In this document: one piece after another, positions 1-8,976 of the stretch
Numbering within the stretch: the stretch's first letter is position 1
How the letters are laid out: each line of letters opens with the position of its first letter
Assembly (NCBI GenBank): GCA_963705305.1
Contig: OY970067.1
Location: 5,581,312 to 5,645,311, forward strand
Direction of reading: 5' to 3'
Length of the DNA stretch: 64,000 nucleotides
Source: an uncultured Methylomirabilota bacterium
Lineage (GTDB): Bacteria; Methylomirabilota; Methylomirabilia; Methylomirabilales; 2-02-FULL-66-22
The notes under the pieces: model-generated
What the model saw: the letters and a program-made list of their open reading frames with translations, nothing else
The model's database searches: none
Told to the model about the DNA's origin: nothing
Position numbers and translations under genes: made by a program

Positions 1-72
1 AACCAGCGTGAACGAGACAAGAACGAGAGCCACAGCCGCAACCCCCGCGAGCCACCCCCTGTACGTGCTCAT
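1..72 (-). CDS. 5' end of a secreted or membrane protein, running off the left edge
   Basis: ATG at 72 with GGAGGACAGGAG upstream; reads MSTYRGWLAGVAAVALVLVSFTLV, signal-peptide-like. Confidence 0.6.
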   Translation of the reverse strand, partial: MSTYRGWLAGVAAVALVLVSFTLV

Positions 73-406
73 GGTCTCCTGTCCTCCAATCCCCCTTCCG
101 GGTCCACTGCGTTTGCCGCCGAGCCCCTGACTCGGCATCTAAAAAGGCAGGGCGGGTGTAGGATGAGGCCGGGAAAATGCTCCCCCTGGACGGACTAGGC
201 GTGGTGGAAGTTCCGTCATATCGTCTTCGGTGTCAAGGGGAAGATGGGGGACGGCAGGGAAATGTCTCCCTTATGGAACCACTGGCGCGGACGTCGCGCT
301 CTGCAGGTCCGTCGCCGGTACGCCTGGACCGGCGCCGCCCGGCCTTGGGCGTGCGGTGCGCCCGGAGTATCCCCCCGGCCGAGGCCGGCGCTTCCTTCCG
401 TGCAGG

Positions 407-748
407 TTAGGGTTTGGTCGGAGACTCTTGGTCGCTTTCTTTCTTGTTCTCCGGTGCCTTTGGAGGTTTGTCCGCTTCCCCCCCCACGAAGCGATTCCAA
501 TCGTCTATCGCGCTCTGGGCGGCCTTCCGGTGAGCCTCGATTGCCTTCTCCTGCTCCTTGACAAATGATTCGAGGCAGGACCGGTACAGATCTACGGAGG
601 CCTTATAGCGGTCAAGTTGGGCCTGGGTCACGAAATCCCGCTGCTTCAGCGGAGCAATGCAGTTGTGGGACGGGATATCCGGGCCGCTGGAGGCGGCAGC
701 GGGTGAAAGCAGGAGAGCAATCAGAATGATTCCACCGACTCCTCGCAT
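407..748 (-). CDS. Small secreted hypothetical protein (113 aa)
   Basis: AAGGAGG before ATG at 748; signal peptide MRGVGGIILIALLLSPAAA; helical body with two Cys. Confidence 0.7.
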   Translation of the reverse strand: MRGVGGIILIALLLSPAAASSGPDIPSHNCIAPLKQRDFVTQAQLDRYKASVDLYRSCLESFVKEQEKAIEAHRKAAQSAIDDWNRFVGGEADKPPKAPENKKESDQESPTKP

Positions 749-1169
749 GCGGCCTACCTCCTTCTCCTTCGGACTCTTTTCGTCCCATCGACTTCGGCTA
801 CTCCTCCATGCGGGGGCGTCTGGGCCGTTCCCTCCCGTGCAGCCCAGGTGCCCGATCCGCGAGCCGCAGGGCAGCAGCGTTCGCGATCGGGCATGCAAGG
901 CGCGTCCGGCAGCCCGTATGCCGCCGGCAGTCGTGGACGCTGGCCGGGACCCCCGTGGCTGTGAGTCTCGACCGGGCCGCCCCTCTGCGGGAGATACCCC
1001 AGAGTGTAGCACACTCACCCCCTTAGGTCCGGAGGGCCCCACGTCCTCCGATGGCAGACTCTCGGAATTCACGGGGAGCCGGATCCGGCGCTCGGCAGGG
1101 GGCCGGGCCGGCTCTTGGCCGCGCACAAACGGGTGGCACCATCGGGCCGTCCGCTTTCGGTCATCGTGA

Positions 1170-1198
1170 TTGACAGCCGGCGGTACCTCCGATAGGCT
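1170..1198 (+). promoter_or_regulatory. Sigma70-like promoter of the DAHP synthase gene
   Basis: TTGACA-N17-TAGGCT. Confidence 0.5.
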
Positions 1199-1279
1199 TC
1201 TATTGATCACTCCAAAGGTCGCGGGCCGGGAATCTTCGATCGTGCCAGAGGCACCCTTGCTATCCAGGGCGTTCCCATC

Positions 1280-2356
1280 ATGACAATCGACCGCTTGGAA
1301 AACATCAACGTCGCCGCCTTCGATCTGATGCCCTCACCCGAGGAGATCCAGGCACGGCACCCGATCACGGAGGCCGCGGCGGCGGCGGTCCTTGGGGGGC
1401 GCGAGACCATTCGCCGCATCCTGGATCGAGCGGACCTTCGGCTCTTCATCATCGTCGGCCCCTGCTCGATCCACGATCTCGCCGCCGGCTACGACTATGC
1501 CCAACGGCTGCGGCACCTTGCCGAACAGGTTCGGGAGACGCTGGTCCTAGTCATGCGGGTCTACTTCGCCAAGCCCCGCACCGCCACCGGCTGGAAGGGG
1601 TTCATCAACGATCCCTACCTCGACGATTCCTTCCGCATCGACGAAGGGATGGAGAAGGCCAGGGCCTTCCTGCTGCAGGTGGCGGCGCTGGGCCTCCCGA
1701 TAGCTACGGAGGCCCTCGACTCTATCACCCCGCAATACCTGGGCGATCTCATCGCCTGGACGGCCATCGGGGCCCGTACCGCGGAATCGCAGACCCACCG
1801 CGAGATCGCAAGCGGGCTGTCGACCCCGGTGGGGTTCAAGAACGGCACGGACGGCGACATCCAAGTGGCGATCAACGCGATCCGTGCGGCCGCCCGGCCC
1901 CATAGCTTCCTCGGCCTGAATGCCCACGGGCGATCGACGATCGTCCGGACCCGGGGGAATGCCTACGGCCACCTCGTGCTGCGGGGGGGCGGGGGGCGGT
2001 CAAATTACGATACGGTGAGCATTTCCCTGGTGGAGCGGGCGCTGGCAAGCGCGAGCCTCCCTCGGAACGTCGTCGTCGACTGCTCGCATGAGAATTCCTC
2101 CAAAGATCCGGAATTGCAGCCGCTGGTGCTCTCCGACTGCGTACACCAAATCCGGGAGGGCAACCGATCCATCGTAGGTCTGATGGTCGAGAGCAATATC
2201 GAAGGGGGCAATCAGCCGATCCCGGCCGACCTGTCGACCCTCAAGTACGGCTGTTCCGTAACCGACCCGTGCGTCGATTGGCCCACCACGGACCGCATGC
2301 TTCGCAAGGCCTGCCAGGCCCTGCGCAACGTCCTCCCCCATCGCGGAACCCCCTGA
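1280..2356 (+). CDS. aroG: 3-deoxy-7-phosphoheptulonate (DAHP) synthase, class I-alpha
   Basis: Motifs GPCSIHD, KPRT..GWKG, IGARTAESQTHRE, DCSH, SVTDPC; feedback specificity (aroF/G/H) not determinable. Confidence 0.93.
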   Translation: MTIDRLENINVAAFDLMPSPEEIQARHPITEAAAAAVLGGRETIRRILDRADLRLFIIVGPCSIHDLAAGYDYAQRLRHLAEQVRETLVLVMRVYFAKPRTATGWKGFINDPYLDDSFRIDEGMEKARAFLLQVAALGLPIATEALDSITPQYLGDLIAWTAIGARTAESQTHREIASGLSTPVGFKNGTDGDIQVAINAIRAAARPHSFLGLNAHGRSTIVRTRGNAYGHLVLRGGGGRSNYDTVSISLVERALASASLPRNVVVDCSHENSSKDPELQPLVLSDCVHQIREGNRSIVGLMVESNIEGGNQPIPADLSTLKYGCSVTDPCVDWPTTDRMLRKACQALRNVLPHRGTP

Positions 2357-2675
2357 GCGTTGCCCCCTGCCTTCTGCGAAATCGTCCTGTTATTGATCAT
2401 TGTATAAGTAATGGGCCACATGAAAGGGCAAGGGGGTCGGGCCGGGGTGCCCTGGAGCGCCGCGCCCGCGGGCGAGCCCGGCCCCGGCCCGGAGGGCGCC
2501 GTCCTGTGGCGGCCGACCCGGGGTAAGGGCGAGCCGGCATCGGGTACCCGCTTGAAGAGTGGGTGCAGGCGCCAGGCGTCGAGAGGGCGCCCCGGCCTGA
2601 CCCCAATCGGTCCGCCACTTTACTTTCGCAAGAATCAGTAGTCAAAAACGTCCCCTATTTCGAGCGCCGGCGACT

Positions 2676-3911
2676 TCATCGGGGCTCCAGGGAACTGATC
2701 CGAGCCAGCTCGGGAAAGAGACGCAGCCAGGCGAGGCTCACGAGAATCGTCCCCACCCCCCCGAGGAGCACGGCGGGCACGGTGCCGAACAGGGCGGCCG
2801 TCACGCCGGACTCGAACTCCCCGAGTTGGTTCGAGGTCCCGATGAACATCGAGTGCACCGCGCTCACCCGGCCCCGCATCGCGTCGGGGGTTTCGATCTG
2901 AACAAGCGAGTTGCGGATAACCACGCTGATGACGTCCGCAGCCCCGAGGACCGTCAGCGCGCCCAGGGAGAGGCCGAACGAGGTCGAGACCGCAAACACG
3001 ACCGTGGCGAGACCGAAGGTCGCCACGGCGCCGAACATGATTCGCCCAACCCGACGGCGGAGCGGACACCGTGCCAGAACCACCGACGTGGTCAGCGCCC
3101 CGACGGCGGGCGCCGAGCGCAGCAATCCCAAGCCCCAGGGGCCGGTGACCAGAATGTCCCGCGCGTAGATCGGGAGCAGCGCTGTGGCCCCGCCCAGCAA
3201 CACGGCGAACAGGTCGAGAGAGATGGCCCCCAAGATCGCCGGCTGGCGGCGGATGAAGGCGATGCCGGCGAACAGCGACCGGACGCTCACAGGCTCGTGT
3301 GTGGCCGGTGTCCGCTCCATGCGGATGCCAGCCACGAGGAGGCTGGCACCGAAAAACAGGATGCCGGCCGTCGAGTAGACGGTGGTGGAGCCGGCCGCAT
3401 ACAGCAAACCGCCGAGCGCCGGCCCGAGGATCGAGGCCGTCTGGCCTGCCGACGCCGCCCAGGCGACAGCGCGCGGGATGAGCGCGGGGGGCACCAGGCC
3501 GGGGACCAGCGCCTGCAGGCTCGGCCCCTCGAAGGCCCGGGCCGCGCCCACCACGAAGACAATCGCCAGGAGGCTCTCCCCGCTTAGCCGCCCGCTGGTG
3601 CTCCCGAGGGCCAGCGTGCCGGCCGCCGTCGCCTCCACGAGTTCGCACGCCCGCGCCACCAGGCGGCGGTCGTAGCGGTCGGCCACCTGGCCCACCACGA
3701 GGGTCAGGAGAAACATCGGCAGGAACTGCGCCAGCCCGATCAGCCCGAGGTAAAATGGGCTTCCGGTGAGGGCATACCCCTGCCAGCCGACGGCGACCGC
3801 CTGCATCTGAAAGGCAATCGTGGTCGCCATGCGCCCGAACCAATAGAAGGCGAACGGCTTCTGGCGCAGGAGCGCGGGCGCTGGAAGCGGGCGTGGAGAT
3901 GAGGAGTGCAT
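2676..3911 (-). CDS. MFS transporter (EntS/YbdA-like)
   Basis: About 12 hydrophobic segments; motif A GQVADRYDRR; TPDAMRGRV; start chosen at ATG 3911. Confidence 0.88.
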   Translation of the reverse strand: MHSSSPRPLPAPALLRQKPFAFYWFGRMATTIAFQMQAVAVGWQGYALTGSPFYLGLIGLAQFLPMFLLTLVVGQVADRYDRRLVARACELVEATAAGTLALGSTSGRLSGESLLAIVFVVGAARAFEGPSLQALVPGLVPPALIPRAVAWAASAGQTASILGPALGGLLYAAGSTTVYSTAGILFFGASLLVAGIRMERTPATHEPVSVRSLFAGIAFIRRQPAILGAISLDLFAVLLGGATALLPIYARDILVTGPWGLGLLRSAPAVGALTTSVVLARCPLRRRVGRIMFGAVATFGLATVVFAVSTSFGLSLGALTVLGAADVISVVIRNSLVQIETPDAMRGRVSAVHSMFIGTSNQLGEFESGVTAALFGTVPAVLLGGVGTILVSLAWLRLFPELARISSLEPR

Positions 3912-4122
3912 GGTGGATTGCGACGTGTCCACGGGGTTACCAGTCAATCGCATCCGTCGAGGGCGCTTCAAACGACGGGATGAGCGCCTGCCGCACCTCC
4001 GCCCGACGCTCCCGGGGCGCCGCTGGCATGCCGGCGGGACAGCTCGCGTGCGGCTCCGCAGGGCTTTCGGCTTCCGGAAAGTCAGCGCAGCAAACAACGC
4101 CCCCCGTCTTGTGGCGGGCAGA

Positions 4123-4332
4123 TTATCGCCGCCGGGAGGGCTGCCAGACGTACTCGCTCGCTTTCATGCGGAGGCTGCGCGGGGGGAGACACCCGGGGTC
4201 GCTTCGCGTCACGATCACCTGGCACCACTCCCCCTCCAGCAAGGCGTGCAGGTAGGTGTGGGTCCCATTCCGCTCGCCACGCCAGCGGGTCACCCGTCCC
4301 ACATTGTCGCGTGTGATGACGACGACGTTCAT
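4123..4332 (-). CDS. Small hypothetical protein (69 aa)
   Basis: GCAGGGGAC before ATG at 4332; protein-like composition (MNVVVITRDNVGRV...). Confidence 0.45.
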   Translation of the reverse strand: MNVVVITRDNVGRVTRWRGERNGTHTYLHALLEGEWCQVIVTRSDPGCLPPRSLRMKASEYVWQPSRRR

Positions 4333-4522
4333 GTCCCCTGCAGGTCCACGAAATAAGCCCTCGGCCATCGGAGTTCAGCCTGGGGCCTCACCTTCTTGCA
4401 CCAAGCCGAAGCCTTGGTCGAAGGATACAACAAGAAGGCCTGTGGGACGAGGCTGGAGTTCCACCTCTTCTTTTGTCGACTTGCCGAGGACGCCCTGAGC
4501 CGAACGGCGCGAGAAGAAGCGC

Positions 4523-4551
4523 TTGACTCGGTTGGATTCATGAAGGAAAAT
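4523..4551 (+). promoter_or_regulatory. Putative promoter for fluoride riboswitch 1
   Basis: TTGACT-N17-GAAAAT, 13 nt before the aptamer. Confidence 0.45.
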
Positions 4552-4564
4552 ACACCAAAGAAAT

Positions 4565-4612
4565 GGCGATGGAGTTCGCGGGTCCCCGTCTGCGCGGGGT
4601 GATAACTCCTAC
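4565..4612 (+). ncRNA. Fluoride (crcB) riboswitch 1
   Basis: GGCGATGGAGTTCGC...CCCCG/CGGGG stem...TGATAACTCCTAC; GGAGT/ACTCC pseudoknot pairing. Confidence 0.85.
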
Positions 4613-4640
4613 TGGCAAAGCCAGTGGGGGTTTTTTATTT
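4605..4640 (+). terminator. Intrinsic terminator overlapping the 3' end of riboswitch 1 (expression platform)
   Basis: AACTCCTACTGGC-AAA-GCCAGTGGGGGTT hairpin followed by TTTTATTT. Confidence 0.85.
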
Positions 4641-4800
4641 CGGGGGTTTGACGGCAATTGCCATCGCCTCCCTCCAGACCGCAGGGCGCGAGGAGGACCG
4701 GTGGGCCGTGGCCGCCGGGGGTTCCGCCCCGCCGGACTACCGACCGCCGACTCCGGCCGAGAATCCGACGCCCGTGGACGCCTGAGCCGGGAGTCGCACT

Positions 4801-5214
4801 GTGCAGCGCAAGCAGCCGACGGTCCGCGATTTGAACAGTCTCGGCGTCCATTTCTACAGCGTCGAGGCCTATGACCTGGCCATCGTTCAGCTCGAGCAGG
4901 CGACCCGCCTGGCGCCGGACGTGGCCTCCATTCACTTCAACCTGGGGGGCGCCTACTACGGGAAGGGGCGTATCGAGGACGCGGAGCGCGAGTTCCAGGA
5001 GGCGCTTGATCTCGACCCCGGCCACGCGCGCGCCCACTGGTTCCACGGCCTCTGCCTGGAGCGGATGGCCCGTCTGGGCGAAGCCCTGGCGGAATTCCAC
5101 TGGGTGCGGGAGCATTCGCCGGGGACTCGCGAGGCACGATCCGCTCTCGAGGAGATCCAGGCCATCGCCGCCCTTTCCGGACGGGAAGGCCGCGGGGCCT
5201 CCCTTACCGGATAG
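4801..5214 (+). CDS. TPR-repeat protein
   Basis: TPR signatures LNSLGVHFY, HFNLGGAYY..G..EDAEREFQEALDLDP; GTG start. Confidence 0.85.
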   Translation: MQRKQPTVRDLNSLGVHFYSVEAYDLAIVQLEQATRLAPDVASIHFNLGGAYYGKGRIEDAEREFQEALDLDPGHARAHWFHGLCLERMARLGEALAEFHWVREHSPGTREARSALEEIQAIAALSGREGRGASLTG

Positions 5215-5216
5215 CC

Positions 5217-5798
5217 ATGAAGACGGACACTCCTTCATCTCCGACGACTCTGGAACGGGCCGGGTCCGTCCATCCGGATGGATCCCGGTTGCCGGCGGGG
5301 TCTTCGAGCCCGACCCTGAATTCTGAGAGCGTTTCCGGCGCTCTCAACGCCGCCCAAGTCCGCGCGGTGGCGGCCGCGCTCCGAACGTTGGAGTACGCAC
5401 TGGATGAGGTCGAGCGCCTGCTGGCCTCGACCACTTCAGGGGTCACGATCCGCTGGCGAGTCGACCTGACCGTCGAGGAGCACCGCCTCCTCCGGCAACT
5501 CACGGCCCAACTCCGGGGGCGGCTGGCCGTCGCCTGCCTCGACCTGGGAATCGGCGCCGACGAACGGTCTGTTCGAGGCGCGATCCGGGGAACCCTGGCG
5601 GTCCTATGGGCCACACTCGAGGACAGTCGGGCAGTGAGTCTCCGCAGCTACGGTCCGCTTCCGGCCGGGGCGGGCTTGGGCCTGGATGCGACGATGGCGG
5701 CGCTCGCGGCGGACGTTGGCCGGATCCTTCGGATAGTGGAAGGAACGGAAGCAGGAGCGCGGGGCCGAGACCGGGGTGCCGCCGGCGCGGAGGCCTGA
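5217..5798 (+). CDS. Hypothetical all-helical protein with an LRSYG motif
   Basis: Starts 2 nt after the TPR gene stop; amphipathic helices. Confidence 0.7.
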   Translation: MKTDTPSSPTTLERAGSVHPDGSRLPAGSSSPTLNSESVSGALNAAQVRAVAAALRTLEYALDEVERLLASTTSGVTIRWRVDLTVEEHRLLRQLTAQLRGRLAVACLDLGIGADERSVRGAIRGTLAVLWATLEDSRAVSLRSYGPLPAGAGLGLDATMAALAADVGRILRIVEGTEAGARGRDRGAAGAEA

Positions 5799-5802
5799 GG
5801 AG

Positions 5803-6597
5803 ATGGACTTCGGAACCTTCGACGGCTTCTGGCATAGGCTCGCCCGGACGCGTCTGCACATGCCCGAGGTGTCGGACCTCGAGGCTGTCCTGGGACAGGC
5901 GATGGGCGCGTGGCGAAGCTGCGTGGTTTGCAACCTTCTCTGGGAGCGGGCCTTTGACCTGACCTCGCGCTGGCAGCAGCTCCTCGCTTCTGACGCCGCC
6001 GCCCAGGCGGACTTCCTGTGCGGGCAGACTTGGTGCAACCGGCATGCCTGGTTCTTCAGCCAGATGATGGCCCCGGTGTCCCAGGCGCGCTTGCAGCGCC
6101 GACTGCACGAGGAGGTGGCGGCCCGGATTCGGGAGCACCTCCAGTCCATCCCGGAGCGTCCGATGGGCGGGGACGCCCGCACGATTCTTGAATCGCTCAT
6201 CGGCAGGCGTACCTGTCCCCTGTGCGACGACGAGTCCGCCTTGCTGACGCTGGTCCTGGCCGCGATAGTGCGCGGCCTGACCGCGGGATCGCTCCGGCCG
6301 GCCTTCGCCGCATCCGCCGGCTGCTGTCTCCCCCATCTGGCCGCCCTGCTGTCCCGCGTCGCCCACAGCGACACCGCCCGTTTCCTGTTGGAGGCGACCC
6401 AGGATCGCCTGGCACGGCTGACGGCGGAGTTGGACTACTACCAGGCGGAGAGCGAAAGCCGGCGGCGGCGGTACGAATCGGCCGCCGACGCCCCGGCCCG
6501 GGCCCTAGCCGCCTGGGCGGGCCTGCGGGACATGGTGCGGGATTGGGAGGGGACACCGACCGAGTCCCGCCCGCAGCCGGAAGGAGTTACGCCGTGA
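5803..6597 (+). CDS. DUF6062-like protein with duplicated CxxC...CxxH modules
   Basis: GAGGAG RBS; CVVC...CNRH and CPLC...CLPH. Confidence 0.75.
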   Translation: MDFGTFDGFWHRLARTRLHMPEVSDLEAVLGQAMGAWRSCVVCNLLWERAFDLTSRWQQLLASDAAAQADFLCGQTWCNRHAWFFSQMMAPVSQARLQRRLHEEVAARIREHLQSIPERPMGGDARTILESLIGRRTCPLCDDESALLTLVLAAIVRGLTAGSLRPAFAASAGCCLPHLAALLSRVAHSDTARFLLEATQDRLARLTAELDYYQAESESRRRRYESAADAPARALAAWAGLRDMVRDWEGTPTESRPQPEGVTP

Positions 6598-6679
6598 CCG
6601 CTCCGCTCGAACCAAACAGGGGGCGGTGGGCAGCCGACGAAGCCCTCGCTTCCGCTGATGTCCCCCACGGGATGCGACG

Positions 6680-7936
6680 ATGAACGATCTCAACGGGAAG
6701 GCCGCTGTCGTCTCATCGGTTCCGGCCGATGACCGGTGGTTGAATCGCAATGTCGCGGGGATGGGGATCACCAGCCTGCTGAGCGATTGGGGACACGAGA
6801 TGGCCACGGCAATCCTCCCCGGGTTTCTGGCCGCCATCGGCGCTCCGGCCGCGGCCCTGGGCGTCATCGAAGGGGTGGCCGACGCCGTGTCCAGCTTCGT
6901 GAAACTCGGCGCCGGATGGTACACGGATCGGATCGGCCACCGGAAGGTCATCTGCGTAGGCGGTTATTTCCTGACGGGGGTCTCGCAGGCCATCTTTGCG
7001 TTTGCATACAGCTGGCCGCTGGTGCTCGCCGGCCGGACCCTCGGCTGGCTCGGTCGGGGCGTCCGCAGCCCTCTGCGGGACGCCATCCTGGCGGAGTCCG
7101 CGTCCGAGGAGGCGCGTGGGAAGGCCTTCGGCTTTCACCGGGCGGGCGACACGCTGGGCGCTGTTATTGGACCTCTCTGCGCCGTGGGGCTTCTGGCCCT
7201 GCTCCAGGGGCACGCCACCGGCGATCCCTCGTCACCCTTTCGTCTGGTATTCCTCCTGACCATCATCCCGGGTGTCGGATCGGCCCTGGCCTTCGGCACG
7301 GCGGTCCGCGAGCGGCGGCGCGCCCCGAACCGCGGGGTCCGGCTCTGGGCTACGATCCGTAGCCTGCCCCGGGCCTATCGGCGCTGGCTGGCGGGGGTGG
7401 GGATCTTCGGCATCGGGGACTTCGCGCACACCCTGATGATCCTGGCGGCCACGGAACTCCTCACCCCGGCGTACGGCGTGGTGGCGGCGGCCCAGATGGC
7501 TGCCCTGTTCTATGTGGTGCGGAATGTCCTGTACGCCGCCGCCTCTTACCCGATCGGCGCCTTGAGCGACCGCCTGGGTCGCCTCGGGATCCTGGTGCTC
7601 GGGTATGTCGTCGGCTCCCTGACGGCCGCCGGCCTCGTGGCCGCCTTCGCCTTCTCCTGGCGCCACCCCGTCTACCTTCTCGGGCTCTTCTGCCTGGGCG
7701 GAATCTACATCGCGGCCGAGGATGCCCTGGAGGGCGCCATGACCGCCGACTTCGTCCCTGCCGCGGAATGGCGGGGGATCGCGTACGGGGTGCTGGGGAC
7801 GGTCAACGGCGTCGGGGACCTGGCGGCCAGCGTGATCGTCGGCGTCCTCTGGACGGCGGTCTCGCCGGTCCTCGCATTCGCCTATGCGGCGGCGGCAATG
7901 GGCGCGGGCGCCCTGGTTGTCGCCCGCCCGTGCTGA
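6680..7936 (+). CDS. MFS transporter
   Basis: About 12 TM segments; GWYTDRIGHRK, GRGVRSPLRDA, RGKAFGFHRAGD, GALSDRLGR. Confidence 0.9.
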   Translation: MNDLNGKAAVVSSVPADDRWLNRNVAGMGITSLLSDWGHEMATAILPGFLAAIGAPAAALGVIEGVADAVSSFVKLGAGWYTDRIGHRKVICVGGYFLTGVSQAIFAFAYSWPLVLAGRTLGWLGRGVRSPLRDAILAESASEEARGKAFGFHRAGDTLGAVIGPLCAVGLLALLQGHATGDPSSPFRLVFLLTIIPGVGSALAFGTAVRERRRAPNRGVRLWATIRSLPRAYRRWLAGVGIFGIGDFAHTLMILAATELLTPAYGVVAAAQMAALFYVVRNVLYAAASYPIGALSDRLGRLGILVLGYVVGSLTAAGLVAAFAFSWRHPVYLLGLFCLGGIYIAAEDALEGAMTADFVPAAEWRGIAYGVLGTVNGVGDLAASVIVGVLWTAVSPVLAFAYAAAAMGAGALVVARPC

Positions 7937-7944
7937 GGACTGCG

Positions 7945-8958
7945 ATGCGCCTGGAAAATCTGGCGGCGGGATTGGACGATCTCTCGCGCAACCGGGAGGC
8001 GCTCGCCCTGTTGATCCTGCAGGGCGAACGGGCGGTCCCGGCCCTGGCGCGGATGCTCCTGGGGCCGCCCTCCTCTATCCCGGAGGCGCGCTGTCTCGCC
8101 GCGGAGGGCCTCGGATCGATCGGAGGGGAGGCGGCCGTCAGCGCCCTGATCCGGGTCCTCAGCCTGCACGATCCCCGACGGCTCGACCCGGTCCTCCGCC
8201 TGGCGGAGGAGGCGGTACAGAACCGGGCCGCAGAGCAGCTCGGCAGGATGGGAGACCGGCGGGCCGTCGAGCCGCTGCTGTACGGTCTGGCACAGGACGG
8301 GCTCCGCGAGGCGATGGGCGCGCTGGCCAGGCTCCGGGAGCCGCGGGCCATCCCCCACATCGTTCGGCGCCTGGAAGATCCGTGCGACCGCGCGGCAGCC
8401 GCGGACGCGCTGCTGGCATTCGGCAGCACGGCGGTTCCGGCCCTGACGGCGACACTGACCGAGCAGCACCCCTCTTCCGAGGATGAATCGCCCATGAGCG
8501 CGGAGCGACGCGCCGAGGCCGCACGCCTTCTCGGTACGCTGGGAGCTTCGCAGGCCCTGGAGGCGCTCCGGTCCCGCCTCGATGATCCGGCTGCGGCTGT
8601 CCGGCTCGAGGCCGGCCTCGCACTGGCGGCCCTCACCGGTGGCGACACACCCGATCGGGCGCTGGCGGTCATCGCACAGGGGCTGAACCATCCTGGCCCA
8701 CCGACGGCCCTGCGGTGCATGGACGCAGCTGTCGAGGCCGCCGACCGGAGTATTCCCCATCTCCTTTCTGTCGCTCCACCGAGACGGACCGCGGCAGTCG
8801 GTCCGCGCCGTCCGGGGGATGATGCGCTCCAGGTGAGCGTGATCGAGACCTTGGAGCGGATCGGCTCGGAAGCAAGCACACGGGCTATCGAGGAATTCCT
8901 TCACGACCGGAGCCCCCTCGTGCGCGAGCGAGCACAGCGGGCGCTGCGGCATCCTTGA
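7945..8958 (+). CDS. HEAT/PBS-lyase repeat protein
   Basis: Repeated AAEGLGSIG, AAEQLGRMGDRRAVEPLL, LDDPAAAVRLEA. Confidence 0.85.
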   Translation: MRLENLAAGLDDLSRNREALALLILQGERAVPALARMLLGPPSSIPEARCLAAEGLGSIGGEAAVSALIRVLSLHDPRRLDPVLRLAEEAVQNRAAEQLGRMGDRRAVEPLLYGLAQDGLREAMGALARLREPRAIPHIVRRLEDPCDRAAAADALLAFGSTAVPALTATLTEQHPSSEDESPMSAERRAEAARLLGTLGASQALEALRSRLDDPAAAVRLEAGLALAALTGGDTPDRALAVIAQGLNHPGPPTALRCMDAAVEAADRSIPHLLSVAPPRRTAAVGPRRPGDDALQVSVIETLERIGSEASTRAIEEFLHDRSPLVRERAQRALRHP

Positions 8959-8976
8959 AGGAGAGATAGGCTCCCC

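Noticed and set aside
1040..1070. Minus-strand GAGAGTCTGCC resembling part of a fifth fluoride aptamer
   Set aside because: Lacks the 5' GGCrAYG strand and the 3' TGATGACTCCTAC segment
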